A stretch of 64,000 nt of DNA from Octopus sinensis (taxonomy: Eukaryota). The notes beneath the pieces are model-generated. The model made no database searches. It worked only from the letters and a program-made list of their open reading frames with translations, and was not told where the DNA came from. Shown here piece by piece: positions 12,626 through 27,104 of this stretch (positions are counted from its first letter, which is position 1; each line of letters opens with the position of its first letter). The stretch is taken from positions 5,952,001 through 6,016,000 of the forward strand of contig NC_043016.1 of NCBI RefSeq assembly GCF_006345805.1. The letters run 5' to 3'. Position numbers and translations under genes: made by a program.

Positions 12626-12752
12626 CTTTCTGGGTGCAAATTCATATTTTACACAATGCTGGAAACCTTTGCCTTTAAGTTTCATTGAGGTTATTACAAG
12701 GGAACTTCCCAGGAAGTGTGCAGAGTAGCCGACACCTTTACTTGTTCGGAAA
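12626..12752 (-). CDS. NBEA: Neurobeachin exon 7
   Basis: tttcag|T TTC...AAG|gtaaag, 127 nt, phase 2-0; (C)[42 protein letters not shown]. Confidence 0.97.
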
Positions 12753-13169
12753 CTGAAAAAGAGAAAAATCAACTTTCAAGTTCTATATTTATTCATTATC
12801 ACCACTGTCGCTTTAACAACGACATCATCATCATCATCATCATCATCGTTTAACGTCCGCTTTCCATGCTAGCATGGGTTGGACGATTTGACTGAGGACT
12901 GGCAAACCAGACGGCCACACCAGGCTGCAATCTTGATCTGGCAGGGTTTCTACAGCTGGATGCCCTTCCTAACGCCAACCACTCCAAGAGTGTCGTGGGT
13001 ACTTTTTACATGCCACTGGCACAGGGGCCAGTCAGGCAGTACTGGCAATGACCTCTCTTGAATCTTTTTACACATGCCACCGGCACAGGTGCCAGTAAGG
13101 CAACGTTGGTAACGATCACACTCAAATGGTGCCCTTTTACGTGCCACCGGCACAGAGCCAGTTGGACAT

Positions 13170-13226
<57 letters not shown>

Positions 13227-13998
13227 ATATAAAATATTACACATACTGAGGAAATGACAAGGGACCAGGAGTTGTGGCAATTTGCTGTAGCTGAGAAGAC
13301 AATGTGTCAAGCTAAGTAAAACCAGGGTCATCCATACATACAGGCTTGTCCTTTACATAGAATGCACTTGTACCAGTACCACATAACATGCACTCATGCC
13401 AGTACCACGTAGTATGCCCTCATACTGGTGCTACCTAAAACGCACTTGTGCTGATGCAACTTAAAGTGTACTCATGCCAGTGCTGTGTAACCACACTTGT
13501 GCTGGTGGCACATAAAAAGCACCCACCACACTCTGTAAAGTGGATGGCATTAGGAAGGACACTCAAACATAGAAACCATGCCAAAACAGACAATCAGAGT
13601 CTGAACAGCTCCCATCAATGACCGGCTCTCATCAAACCATCCAACCTACACCAGTATAGAAAATGTATGTTAAACGATGATGATGATGATGATGAGGTGT
13701 AGCTGTGTGGTTAAGAAGTATGTTGGCCAACCACAAACCTTTGGGCTCAGTCCCACTTCATGGCACCTTAGGCAAGTGTCTTCTGCAACGGCTTCTTTCA
13801 GTTGCCATCTACCAAATCCACTCACAAGGTTTTTGTTTGCCTGGGACTAGAGTATAAAGTCACTTGCCTGAAGTACCATATAGAGTGATTGAACTCAAAG
13901 CCACAAGACTGGGAAATAAACTATTTAACCACACAGCCATGAATGCACCACAAGCAGATGTCACAACAGCAACGATGATGATGATATGTAGGACTTAC

Positions 13999-14120
13999 CA
14001 ATAGAGATAAGGTTTCTCTTTTTCAACAGTGACACCAGTCACAGGATCTAACCGAAGCCAGCATGAAAAAGCCCAACCATTTTGATAAGGCCATGATCGT
14101 ATTGGAGGCAATGCGATATA
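13999..14120 (-). CDS. NBEA: Neurobeachin exon 6
   Basis: ttgcag|TAT...TG|gtaagt, 122 nt, phase 0-2; YIALPPIRSWPYQNGWAFSCWLRLDPVTGVTVEKEKPYLY(C). Confidence 0.97.
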
Positions 14121-15322
14121 CTGCAAGAAAAAGAAAGGTATATAAATATTATGTACAACTATATAATCATTATTTCTATTTGTAAATGAGTGTAGACAAG
14201 GCCATGGGCACTGTACCGACAGGCACAGGTGTAGCTATGAGTGGGTATAGACATAAACAGGCTTAGGCGGGGCTATGGGTGTAGGTGTGACAACAGGCAA
14301 TGGAATGGCTAATATCACAGGTGCTGATGGGTGCATGCATAGCAATAGATGCAGCTATGCAATGGGCATAAGCATGACTGTGTGTGTGTGTTTGTGTACA
14401 TGCATATATGTGCGAGTGTGTGTATGTTTGTGTCTCATTGTCTTCAAATTCCATCACAGTTTTAAATTACTGTCACCATTATGCAACCACTGTTCCATAA
14501 AACATGTCTAGTCAAGGGGACAATATTACGTTGCTTGGAAAGAAGCGAGGCTTGGCAACAGGAAGGGCATCTGGCCAAAGAAAACCTTCCTCAATAAACT
14601 CTGTTTGACTCTGCAAGCCTGAATAAGTGGATGATGAAGTGTTTCACAAGGTTTTGGTTGGAGTATGACTATAGTAAACATTTGCACAAGGTACCATGCA
14701 GTGGGACTGAACCCAAAACTATGCAGCTGACAAGCACACTTCTTAACAACACAGTCATGCCTGTGACTATGATTTGATGGGTGAAATTAAGCAAAAAAAA
14801 GAATTACTGTAAACCTATATAGTAATTTCACATAAAAATCAACAGGTGCCCTTCCTGTGTCAGGTGTTAAGTTCCCTCTGTGTTGTGCTGCATTCATACA
14901 AACAACCAGGTTCCTATTTTCAGTCCATTCTTTGATGCCATCACTACACAAATATCTTCCATAACCTCTCACTTTCCACATTTTCTGTCAGGATGGTCTT
15001 AGGTAGTGACTCACAGTGCTGCGTTGTATGTCTAAAATATGACAGGTTTGTGAATTTGATTCTCAACAATAGGTATCTTTGGATTTTCGGTTTATTCTAC
15101 TCAATCTGTGAAACATCCACATCTAAAGGCTTCTAACCACCGTTGTGCATCGTGTCCAAATTTCTTCCACATTCAGGACAACTGACGTAATATAACAATT
15201 TACTAACCTCAGTCTTAGGTGCAGTGTTATATCTTTTGAGGAAGTATTAGGGATAATTAATAAATCAGGATGGTCACAGCAAAAAAGATACTCAAAGGCT
15301 ACATAAAGCCAAAACAACTTAC

Positions 15323-15418
15323 CGATCCTTTTTTACCCGGGAAACTGAAGAATTCATCTGGGCCGTGTCTCTGTGGCATTTGCCTGAGCACAGACAACAA
15401 TTTGACTGAGTTTCTTGG
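15323..15418 (-). CDS. NBEA: Neurobeachin exon 5
   Basis: ttatag|CCA...TCG|gtaagt, 96 nt, phase 0-0; [32 protein letters not shown]. Confidence 0.97.
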
Positions 15419-16182
15419 CTATAAAACAAATATTTAAAGGCATTTAATTCAATAAAATATGGTTGCATGACATTATAGTTATTACAAAATATTATATTAT
15501 CATCAACCTCCATCATAACCAAGAGCAACAGGGTAATTTTATTGCCTTCTTATTTTAGTCATTAGACTGCAGCCATGCTGGAGCACTACCTTGAAGAGCC
15601 CTTAATTAAACAAATAAACCCAAGTACATTAAATAAAAAAGTCTAATACCTATTCTATTGGTGTATTTTGGCAAACCACTTAGCTATGAGGACATAAACA
15701 GACCAAGACTGGCTGTCATGCATTAGTTGGTCAGGGCAACAAACACAAATGCACATCAGGCTTCCACACAGATTTCATCTATGAAATCCATTCACAAGAC
15801 TTTGATTGGTCCAGGGTTACGGTAGAAGACCAAGGTGCCATGCAGTCATCCGCAATTCAAAACCGCCACATAGTTGCAAAGTGAGATTCTTAATCATACA
15901 GCCATTCTTGTGGCTATGAATGAGTCATTGAATCAATGGAACTTGGTAATATTTTCAAAGAACTTGAGGCAGGGAACTAGCAGAATCATTAGCATGCCAA
16001 GCAAAATTCTGAGCAGCATTTTGTCTGTCTTTACATTCTGATGTCAACTTTGCCTTTCATTATTCGGGGTCGATGAAATAAGTACGAGTTGAGCACTGGA
16101 GGTCAAAGAATTCAATTAGCCCCTCCCTTAAAATTGCTGACCATTTGCCTTCAGTAGAAAGAAATATTTTCAAAGAACTTAC

Positions 16183-16283
16183 CCATTCATTATTTCTTGC
16201 TTTTAATAATGAGAAAAGCATTCGCAATTCTTTAACTGTGATACTGTAACTTGCCAATACACCAAGCATTTCAACCAAGAGGT
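16183..16283 (-). CDS. NBEA: Neurobeachin exon 4
   Basis: ttgcag|AC CTC...TGG|gtaagt, 101 nt, phase 1-0; (D)[33 protein letters not shown]. Confidence 0.97.
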
Positions 16284-16792
16284 CTGCAAATAGAAATTTT
16301 TAAAAAATGATTTTTTTTGTTTTAACTATTTATAATCTTTGATAAAAATAAGAACAGGAGCTATAAGCCTACTATGTGTGCACACATGCATACACACACT
16401 CACAAATAGCTGATTCCACTGACCTCAACACTATCTATCAACAAAAACTCTAGCTCTCTCTCATCATCATTATTTAATGTTCATTTTCCATGTCAGAATG
16501 GTTTGGACAATCTGACAGAATCAAGTGGGCCTAAAAAAGATATCACTGTGCTCCACTGGGTATTTTGTCGTGGTATCTACACCTGAATGGCCTTCCTAAT
16601 GCAAGTCTTTTATGGTATGTACTTGGCACACAAGTAGTAGTGAGGTTGCCATACATTTGCAAGACTGTGAACCCTGAGGGGGCAACTTTATGCAGGGAGA
16701 CAAGGGTTAAAAAACAGGGAAAAGTATGAAAGAATAGGCCAGATCAGAACAGGTTTCTTGATGATGATGATGAAGTGTGTGTGTGTGTGTGT

Positions 16793-16832
<40 letters not shown>

Positions 16833-16869
16833 ATTCTCTGAGAACTTGGCTGCTAGAACAAGTTTAGAG

Positions 16870-17555
16870 AGCTCCTACCTCTGTTGGTAACAAAGGTCTC
16901 TCCCACAGAGTGAAAGGTAGATTGTATGATGCCTGTGTATGAACAGCCATGCTAGACAGCAGTGAAACATGGGCTGTGACCGCTGAGGTCATGTGCAGGC
17001 TTGAAAGAAATGAAGTTGGTATGCTTTGCTGGATGTGTAATGTCAGTGTGCATACATGACAGAGTATAAGCATCTTTAGAGAAAAGCCTGGCATCAGATG
17101 TGGTGTGCAAGAGAGACGTCTATGCTGGTATGGTCATGTGCTGTGTATGGACAAGGACAGCTGTGTGAAGAAGTGCCAAACTCTAACAGTGGATGGAAAC
17201 TATGGAAGAGTTAGACCTAGGAAGGCATGGGACAAGGAGGTGAAGCATGATCGTACGCTGGGCCATGTGGAGGCAAATATCAAAAGACTGAGACCTGTGG
17301 CAATATGCCATGTTTCAGAAGACCTGTCAAGCCAAGTGACATCATATACTCACGACTGATGCCAGTGCTGCATAACTGGCAATCATAAAAAGCACTCACT
17401 TTTGGAGTGGTTGGCATTAGGAAGAGCATCCAGCCATAGAAACCATGCCAAGTCAGGTTAGAACCTGATGCAACTCCCCAGCTTACCAGTTTTCAGTCAA
17501 ACTGTCCAACCGAAGCCAGCATGGAAGACGGACGTTAAATGAAGATGATGATGAT
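16870..17555 (+). mobile_element. RTE LINE 3' end with (GAT)n tail
   Basis: QERRLCWYGHVLCMDKDSCVKKC...RPRKAWD, then family 3' UTR and gatgatgat tail. Confidence 0.8.
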
Positions 17556-17916
17556 ATATACACACATTATATACATACATATACACACACATACTATTCT
17601 TTTATTCTTTTAATTCTTTTACTTGTTCAATCATTTGACTATGGCCATGCTGGAGCACCGCCTTTAGTCATGCAAATCGACCCTAGAACTTATCCTCGGT
17701 AAGCCTAGTACTTATTTTATCGGTCTCTTTTGCTGAACCGCTAAGTTACGGTGATGTAAACATACCAACAACAATTGTCAAGCGATGGTGGAGGGACAAA
17801 CACAAACATATATATATAACGGGAAGCTTTATGAAAATAGACAAAAGATGAAGGCAGGTGGAAAACAAACAAACAATTGTATTAGTATGGCGCTCAGGAA
17901 ATATAAATAAAACAAG

Positions 17917-17954
17917 TCTTTAACGTTTCGAGCCTACGCTCTTCAACAGAAAGA
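17917..17954 (-). ncRNA. Minimal hammerhead-like motif, variant core CUGUUGA (copy 1)
   Basis: UCUUU-CUGUUGA-A-GAGC guag GCUC-GAAAC-GUU-AAAGA inside a roughly 200-bp repeat (17818-18025). Confidence 0.5.
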
Positions 17955-18029
17955 TACAGAGAGAGAAAAAAAACACAGAAAGAAGGAGAGAAAAAAATGC
18001 GTGCAGTGTAACTAACGAATCAACATACA

Positions 18030-18070
<41 letters not shown>

Positions 18071-19374
18071 TATATATATATATATACACACAATGGGCTT
18101 CTTTCAGTTTCCGTACCAAATAACTCACAAGACTTTGGTCGGCCCAAGGTTATAGTAGAAGAACACTTGCCAAAGGTGCTACACAGTGGGCTGAACCTGG
18201 AACATGTGTTTGGGAAACAAACTTCTTATCACACAACCACTCCTGTACCTATATACATATATACACACACACACACTAAATACATATACACACATGCTAT
18301 ATACATATATACACATATACACACAATCAATGATATTTACCATTGGACCATGCCCAAACCTGTGTGCTCCATTCAATGTGCCCACCTCAATCCCTGTCTC
18401 TAATTATTGTCACACACTTCACACACACTCACAAACTTACCCACCCAACCACTCTTTCTGCTCCTCTATCCATATACTCTCATTTATATTTACTGTATTC
18501 CTTGAAAGTGTGCTCTCCCTAATTCTTTCTCTCTTTCCAGCTGGGGAAGCCCGGAATCTCCTTCCACAATAAGACACTTCTTGCTGTCCCTGTCTTATGC
18601 TTTAGTCTCTCAATACCTAGCCTAAAGCCATCTCCTTCAAAACTACACCTCTATACAGACGAAGGGTTTCATCTTGGGAGTTATTTGGTGGCCTCACTAA
18701 TACTGGTATCATGTAAAAAAAAAAAAAGCAATCAGTACACTCTATGAAATGGTTGGCTTTAGGAAGGGTAACTAGTTGTAGAAAGCAGGCATTGGAGCTC
18801 AATGTAGACATGTGGTTCATCGATTCCTGTTGAATCACTCAACCCATACCAGCATGGAAAACAGAAATTGAACAATGACGATGACGACAACGACAACAAA
18901 CATGTATGTCAGACTTCCTACAGATTCTAACTATTAAATTCACTCACAAGATATTAATTGGATGGAGTTTATTGAGATGTATTTTCTATGGTCTGATGCC
19001 CTTCCTATCTTCAACCCTCACCTATTTCCAAGCAAGTCAATTTTTCCCCATGAATGGACATATTTTTCATGGAAGACTGGAAACAAATGAAACAAATGAC
19101 TGGAAACAAATGACACAAATGACATGGAAGACTGGAAACAAATGTACGATGGTCACAAACATTTATAACCATCACCTCATGTCAAAATGAGGAGATACAA
19201 ACACACGAACATATGTGTGTGTACGTGCAAGAGGTTTCTTTCAGTTTTTATCAGACAAATTGATTCACCAGGCTTTGACCAATCAGTTCCGAGCTATGCA
19301 GTGGGACTGAACCCATAACCATGTTACTGGGAAGGAAGCTACTTAATCACGCAGTCACACTTGAATTTATAGTG

Positions 19375-19610
19375 GAGGTACATGGCTTACTGGTTAAGGT
19401 GTTGGATTCATGATCAAAAGATTGTGGTTTCGATTACTAGGCCAAGCAATGCATTGCGTTCCTGAGCAAAACACTTCACTTCACGTTACACCAATAAACC
19501 TAGCCAGCAAAAGCAAGTAATCCTGCGACAGACCGACATCCTATCCAGGTGCGGAATGTATACGCCATGAAACTGGCTCTTATGAGATGGCATGACTTGA
19601 GAAAGGAACT
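19375..19610 (+). mobile_element. tRNA-derived SINE family C (related copy 7330-7460 on -)
   Basis: GGAGGTACATGGCTTACTGGTTAAGGTGTTGGA...GTGGTTTCGATT head, then CCTGAGCAAAACACTT. Confidence 0.6.
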
Positions 19611-19636
19611 TTACCTACATTTATATTATATACTTT

Positions 19637-20040
19637 TTTTACTCTTTTACTTTGTTTCAGTCATGTGACTGTGGCCATGCTGGAGCACCGCCTTTAGTCG
19701 ATCAAGTCGACCCCAGGACTTATTCTTTGTAAGCCCAGTACTTATTCTATCGGTCTCTTTTTGCCGAACCGCTAAGTTACAGGGACGTAAACACACCAGC
19801 ATTGGTTGTCAAGCGATGTTGGGGGTAAAACACAGACACACAAACATGCACATACACATATATATATATACATATATACGACAGGCTTCTTTCAGTTTCC
19901 ATCTACCAAATCCACTCACAAGGCTTTGGTCGGCCCGAGGCTATAGTAGAAGACACTTACCCAAGGTGCCACGCAGTGGGACTGAACCTGGAGCCATGTG
20001 GTTCATAAGCAAGCTACTTACCACACAGCCACTCCTGAGC
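19637..20040 (-). mobile_element. tRNA-derived SINE family B with CORE-like segment and internal microsatellite
   Basis: Head GGAGTGGCTGTGTGGTAAG, B box GGTTCAGTCCC, CACCTTGGGTAAGTGTC resembles the MIR CORE, tail (GTAAAAGA)n. Confidence 0.85.
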
Positions 20041-20194
20041 CTATATATATACATACACACACAATGGGCTTCTTTAAGTTTCCATCTCCCAAATGCACAC
20101 ACGTCTTTGGTCAATCTGGAGCTATAGCAGATGACACTTGCAGTCACACCTGCACCTAGTCACATAAATAAATATATACAGAAGAATTACAAAC

Positions 20195-20321
20195 CAGCAA
20201 CGATGTCGTCTGCTTCTTCCAGCATACATAAAACATGTTCAATGAGTTTCACTTCGGTACAGGCATTCAAATTTCGTCGACTTTTCTTCAAAATGGCTGT
20301 AAATACACTCCAAATCTCCGC
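20195..20321 (-). CDS. NBEA: Neurobeachin exon 3
   Basis: tttcag|GCG...GCT G|gtttgt, 127 nt, phase 0-1; [42 protein letters not shown](D). Confidence 0.96.
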
Positions 20322-21235
20322 CTGAAAAGATGAAAATGAAAACGTTATTATTTTTAATATGTACAGGTATGTGCATTTCGATAGGAACAGGTGTGGTTTT
20401 GTGGTGAAGAAATTTGCTTCCCAACCACAAGGTTATAAGTTTAGTCCACTGCATAGCACCTTGGTCAAGTGTCTTTTATCAGAGCCCTGGGCTGATCAAA
20501 GACTCAGAAGTGGTTTTAGTACATGGAAACTGAATGAAGCCTGTCATATACACATACGTGTGAGTGTGCCCTTGTCTCAGCATCATGGTAGTAAATGAGC
20601 ACCACAATCACACAAGCAATGTTCCCAGTCTTCCATGAAAAACATGTCTGGCTATGAGGAAATATTACCTTGCTTGGAAACAGGTGAGGATTGATGACAG
20701 GTGAGGATTGATGAAAGGCATCCAGACACAGAAAATCTGCCTCAACAAATTCCATCTGACCCATGCAGACATGGAAACGGGGTTGTTAAGAGATGATGAA
20801 AATGATGATGAATTAACATAAAATTTCTTGATTTAAAAGCTGTAATTCCTTTGTTGTTTCGTATCATTATTGCTTTTTAATAGCATATTTCATGAACTCA
20901 TTAAAATGAATTTTATTCATGTTAAGAAAATAGAATGTTAACAATTCTGCACCATTTATGCTCAGAAGTGTTTCAGATGTTTATCAACACCTTGGGTAGC
21001 CTCAAAGACACCCAAGCATCAATATTGAGCACTTTGCCAACCTCTGGGTTAGATAAATATGTTATTGATGACTTTCCTGACACTAACACTCACCTGTTTT
21101 TTTAAATAAGTGATCTCTTATTCCAAAGGGCTATAAAGGTACAACCTGAACAGAAGATTTCTTGACAGAAGTATGAACATCAGCTCAAATGCCACACCAT
21201 TCTTCCCTCTTCTCTCTTTTACATTCACCTTATGC

Positions 21236-21467
21236 CTATTTCTTTACTACCCTCAAGGGACTAAACACAATGAGGACAAACAAGGACAGACAAACGGATT
21301 AAGTCGATTGCATCAAATCCAGTGCGTAACTGATACTTAATTTATCGACCCCGAAAGGATGAAAGGCAAAGTCGACCTCAGCGGAATTTGAACTCAGAAC
21401 GTAATGGCAGACGAAATACCGCTAAGCATTTCGCCTGACGCGCTAACATTTCTGCCAGCTCGCTGCC
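21236..21467 (-). mobile_element. SINE family A
   Basis: Reverse complement of 10431-10659; near-identical flanks CCTTAT(G/A)CCT. Confidence 0.85.
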
Positions 21468-22179
21468 TTATACCTTGAAGGTATGGCATTAGTCTTTCTC
21501 TCCCTTTCCAGCTGGGGAATCCATATATCTCCTCCTGAGCTGGAAACCTGTTCCTGTCCTTCTACCATACTTTAGATTCTCAACACCTGGCACAATACCA
21601 CTTCCTTCAATACTGCATTTCCACACAGTTAAAGGGTTTTGTCTCGTGAGTTACTTGGTGGCTCCACTAATGCTGGTGTCATGTAAAAAGCACCTGTATT
21701 TTGCTGCCATGGCGCTGAAGTATCCTCTTCAGGGTGCAGGCCAGGCAGATTTTCATGGGAGATCAGCAGTTGCCCATGCAGTACATCTCCCTCTCCCCTC
21801 TTCACCACCACCAGCGTTATCCAAGCGAAGGGACGGAGGTCAATATGACTTATCACCAGTGGGGCCACAGGAGCTGCCAGAATGAGGTTGTCTACTGCAG
21901 TGAACTGCCTTATGGACTCCAGCTTCAGATTAATCCTTAAGGTTTACTCCTGAAGCCTTTCCCTTAAGTGGGTATTGCAGCAAGGCAACGGAATTGTTTT
22001 TAATCGGTGCTGTCTTAAACAGGTAAGGGCTTAATAGGCAGCACAGTTAATAAAGGGAGTTGCTTATTTGGATGGTCGCTGATTCTTAGCAAATACTGGA
22101 ACATAATGCAGATCCTGTTAAACTATCCAACCTCTGCTAACATAGAACATGAGTATTAAATGATGAAGAATTTACTTAC

Positions 22180-22284
22180 CTGAAGTGTTGCTGAACAGAC
22201 TTTCAGGACATCTAACATGTGAAGAACATTATGAGGATCCTGGATGATAAAATTTGTTTCAATTTCAAACTCTCCACCAACGAG
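22180..22284 (-). CDS. NBEA: Neurobeachin exon 2
   Basis: tttcag|CTC...CAG|gtaagt, 105 nt, phase 0-0; LVGGEFEIETNFIIQDPHNVLHMLDVLKVCSATLQ. Confidence 0.97.
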
Positions 22285-25259
22285 CTGAAAAGTAATTAAC
22301 AAATAACATTAACATGAGTGATTAGAAAATAAATCAGACGAGTTGCATTCAATGCATGTGTTGTAATTATTTCTAGAATGTTCAAAGTTCAGTTCTTAGT
22401 CTCTTCTTATTCATCATAGACCTCCAGGCCCTAAAAGAGGAATTCAAAACTGAGTACCCGTGGGAAAACTTCTATACCGATGACCTTGATCTCATAGCTG
22501 AAACTGCAGTAGAAGTAGGAAAGAAGCACAACCTAGAATCAAAAGGACCTTAACTTAGCAAAGACTAAAATTCTTGGAAGCAGGGAAATGGGCAGTATAT
22601 TCTTTTACTTGTTTCAGTCATCTGACTGCAACCATGCTGGAGCACTACCTTGAAGGATTTTAGTCGAACCAACCAACCCCAGGACTTACACTCTTGGAGT
22701 GGTTGGCATTAGGAAGAGTGTCCAGCTGTAGAAACCTTGCCAGATCAGATTGGAGCCTGATGCAGCCTCCTGTCTTGCCAGTCCTCATTCAAACTGTCCA
22801 GCCCATACCAGTTTAGAAAGTGGACATTAAAAGATGATGATTATATATACATGACAGGTGCCTTTCAGTTTCCATCTACCAAATCCACTCACAAGGCTTT
22901 TGTCAGCCCAAGGCTATAGTAGAAGACACTTGCCCAAGGTGCCACGCAGTGGGACTGAACCCAAAACCATGTGGTAAGGAGCATACACCCGCACCTTCAA
23001 GAAAATGGCCCTAAAAATACATAGAAAGGGCATAGGTAGAAATTCCATACAATGTACCCAGTGCAAATAATAGACACCCAAGTGGTGCAAAGGAATCACA
23101 GATAGATTAGAATTTGTGGAAGTTGGGTAAGGTTAGAGCTGAAAATAGACTTTCTCAACTGCGCTGGATGTATTCTAGAGTTAGTGGACACTTTTTGTTA
23201 CCCAGGAAGCCTACATTAGCAGTGAAGGAGGATATTCTCAAAGTATAATTGCTAGAATAAGAATATTTCTCATTTATAGTTTTATTGCAATGTTTCTCTC
23301 TCTCTACCTGCCTTCTGTTTTGTATTGCCACATATCATTCCTGTTTTCTTCACCCTTCCCACCAAACTGATATCTATTACCATGTCCCATCTCTTTTATC
23401 ATCCACTGCATTATCTATATCCTTATATTTCCAACCTCTAACCAGCTATGATCATTCATTGTGATTTTACTGGCCCTTCTGTCCCCATCCCACTTCACCT
23501 GCTTTTCTGTCCCGATCTCCCTTCCCACTCACTCTCTTGAAGATACATGAGGATGACTGTGATACTTCAACAGCATCTTTACTCCTTCCCCAGTTGGAAT
23601 AGCTAGGTATCTCCTGTTCTTATCTGTCATATTGTTGTCTCTCATCACCTGGCATATGCCACCTTTCTTCATTCTACACCCTACCACTCAATCAAGGGGC
23701 ATCTTGCCTTTCAAGTTCCTTGGCAACCTCACTGGTACCACTGTTAAGGAAAAAACAGTCAGTATTCAGTAAAGTGGTCAGCATTAGGAAGGACATCCAG
23801 CCATAGAGAACATGCTGAAGCAGACACTGGATCATGAACCATCTGACCCTGTTGAACTGCCCAACCCATGCCAGCATTAGATACAGATGCTAAATGATGA
23901 TGATGATGATGATGATGATTAACATAGATGGGTACAGGTAACTAAGAATCTCACTCCCTAACCATTTGGTTTATGGTTCAGTTCACCATGCAGCAAAAAT
24001 GAGTGTCTTCTAATATGAGAAGATACCTGTTTCATTGATCGTAGAGGCCCTTTTGTATTTGGAGTGCCCAAGTGGACTCCTATGGACAACTGAGAAATAC
24101 CACAATCCAAGATCTCTCTGCACACCAAAAGCAAGTGTCCCATCTAATTTCTGATCTCTGACTTACAGGCTTATATACTTGCAGTCGTTTTATCTACTCT
24201 TGCCATTTATGCCACTCTCACCCACCTTTTAATAAATTTGTTAGTGGACAGCACCAACTTCTCCAGTCTCATCTTGCTTTTCAAGAGAAACTCCACCAAA
24301 ATGGAAAGTCTCTGTTCTCATACCTTTTCACCACGTAAAAATCTGTCACTCTCCTTTCACACTCTTGCGAACTTACCTACCCACTCTTTCTGTTCTTTTA
24401 TCCCTATTCTCATATTCAGTTTGTACCTTGAGGGAAAGCCCTCACCAACTTTCTCTCCCTTTCCAGCTGGGTAAGTCATACACAACCTCTTCAAGAAGAC
24501 ATTTATTCCTGTCCCTGAATCAAACTTTCATCTACCTCAATATAACAGCCCATTCAGTTAAGGGTTCTTGTCTTGTTAGTTACTTGGTGGCCTCACCAGT
24601 ACTAGTGCCATGAAAAAACACCCAATATACTCTGTAAAATGGTTGGTACTATGAAGAGCATCCAACTATAAAAACCATGTCAAAACAGACATTGGAGCTC
24701 ATGTCACTTCCTGTTGAACTATTCAACCCATGCCAACAGGGAAAACATGATGTAAATGATGAAGATGATTTCTTTGGAAGACTATCATATATTGAAGCTA
24801 AACTCACCCAGACCCTGTATATTCTATGCAGCACATGTGTATACAAATAATACTTTCCAAATATATACTCTTCACAGTCGGAAGGTTTGATGTCCTGTTA
24901 AAATTGTCAAAGCATATTTTGCAGGAATGCTGATCACAGTAATAAGAATAAATGTTTCAAATTCCAACACAAGGCCAGCAATTGTGAGGGGAGGGAGCAA
25001 GTCAGTTGCAGTAATCCAGTACTTGACAGGTACTTTATTTTACTGATCCCCAAAAGGACGAGAGGCAAAGTTGATCTCTATGGAATTAGGACTCAGAATG
25101 TAAAGAGCTGGAAGAAATGTTGCTAAGCATCTTATCCAGTGTATTAACGATTCTGCCGATAATAATAATTGTATCTTGATTAGGAACAAGATATTAAAGT
25201 TTAGACTGAGCGGTGAGTACTCGATTATAATGACACAACACATGTTGGCCCTTTATTTT

Positions 25260-25450
25260 GTTTACCCAAGAAGAAGAAGGTAGTGGTGGAAGAGGAGGGG
25301 AAAGAAGAAGAAGAAGAAGCAGAAGATGGAAGAGGAGGAGGAGGAGAAAGAAGAAGCAGAATGAGAAGTAGTAGAACAAGAGAGTGAAGAAGGAAAAGAA
25401 AAGAAAAAAAGAAGAATACAGATGGGAGAAGAAAGAAGAAGAGGATGAAT
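25260..25450. repeat. (GAA)/(GGA) purine-rich simple repeat
   Basis: Direct reading. Confidence 0.9.
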
Positions 25451-26388
25451 GAACGCATGACTGAATGTAAAAACACTCTGGTTATTGTAACCTTTAATAC
25501 AGCGAAAGGTTTTATTGATGGAACAAAGCTGTTGCTAAGCAACACTAAACTGAACACTTAGTGTTAGGTTACAGGACACACAGACAGGGATGCATACACA
25601 CACACACACACACACATGCAGGTTGATACAGGATGTGACACCTAGCAACATCAATATGTTGCAGAGCGATTGGATGCAACCGGATGGATACAAAATGATT
25701 CGATTGTGTTAGATCCCCCCCCACACACACATTCAGCATCATTCAAAATAAACTTCTGCTTTACATTTCAGAATATATTCTCCAACAAACACACAAGACA
25801 CCCAATGAAAAACATTCTTTACATGTTGGCATAACATGTTACCACCGAACGTACAAATACATCAAATTCACTTTTTGTTGGTAGATTGTAAAATAAATTA
25901 ATTTTAAGCTCGTATCTGGGTGTCGTCAGGTGTCTACATCACTCGACCAATCCCAAAGGAACAAGTAACCAATCCATTTCTATACACATCAAGTCTACTC
26001 GCTTCACAGATCTACGGCTACTAATTTGTATACTATAAGCATCTAACACTTTCTTTAATATCAGAGAAAGTGAAATCTAGTCCATATTAGTATCAAGGCA
26101 AAATATAATATTATACATCAGCATGGAAAGCAGACATTAAACAATGATGATGATGATGATATACGTAGATACATACATATCCGCACACGCATGTATTTGC
26201 CTGATATCTCACAATGAGAAATATAGACAATGGTACAGAGGAGCATACATAAGATGGGCTTCTTTCAGTTTCTATCAAACATATCTACTCAGAAGGCTTT
26301 GGTGAGGCAGGGATTAATAGTAGAGGATACACAGAAGCAAGATCCTTAAACACAGAACCAAATCTGCATGTATGCATGTATGTATGTA

Positions 26389-26438
<50 letters not shown>

Positions 26439-26565
26439 CATAAGATACATATGCATATATTTATACACACATACACATATATATACATACACTATATATC
26501 TATCTATATATATACACATACACTATATATATATATATATATAATATATATATATATACACATTA

Positions 26566-26605
<40 letters not shown>

Positions 26606-26974
26606 TTATATACATTATATATCATCATCATCATTTAACATCCATTGTCCATGCTGGCAAGGGTTGAACAATTTGACTGGGCTGGCATAGGCAACGCCAG
26701 GATCCAGTCTGATTTGGCATGGTTTTCTATGGTTGGATGCCCTTCCTAACGCCAACCACTCCAAGAGTGTAAATGGATGTTTTTACGTGCCACCAGCATG
26801 GGAGCCATTTGCATGACACTGGTATCTGCTACTACTGCGATTTTGCTCAGCTTAATGGGTCTTCTTCTCAAGCACAACAATAAGGTCTTCAGCATTGCCT
26901 CCATGAAGCCCAACACTCAAAAGGAGCTAAGCCACTTTGCCTCAATGAGGATCAGGCGCTCGGCCACTTTACCT

Positions 26975-27019
<45 letters not shown>

Positions 27020-27104
27020 TAGTAGTTTCCCCGGTATTCGCAAATAATGAAAAACCGCGAATATTGGACGTGGTCCATAAAAATGCCTATAATGTCAAAA
27101 TATA

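Noticed and set aside
26198-26230. CTGATA-TCTCA/TGAGA-AAT hammerhead-like stretch
   Set aside because: Core incomplete and no stem I; compatible with chance.
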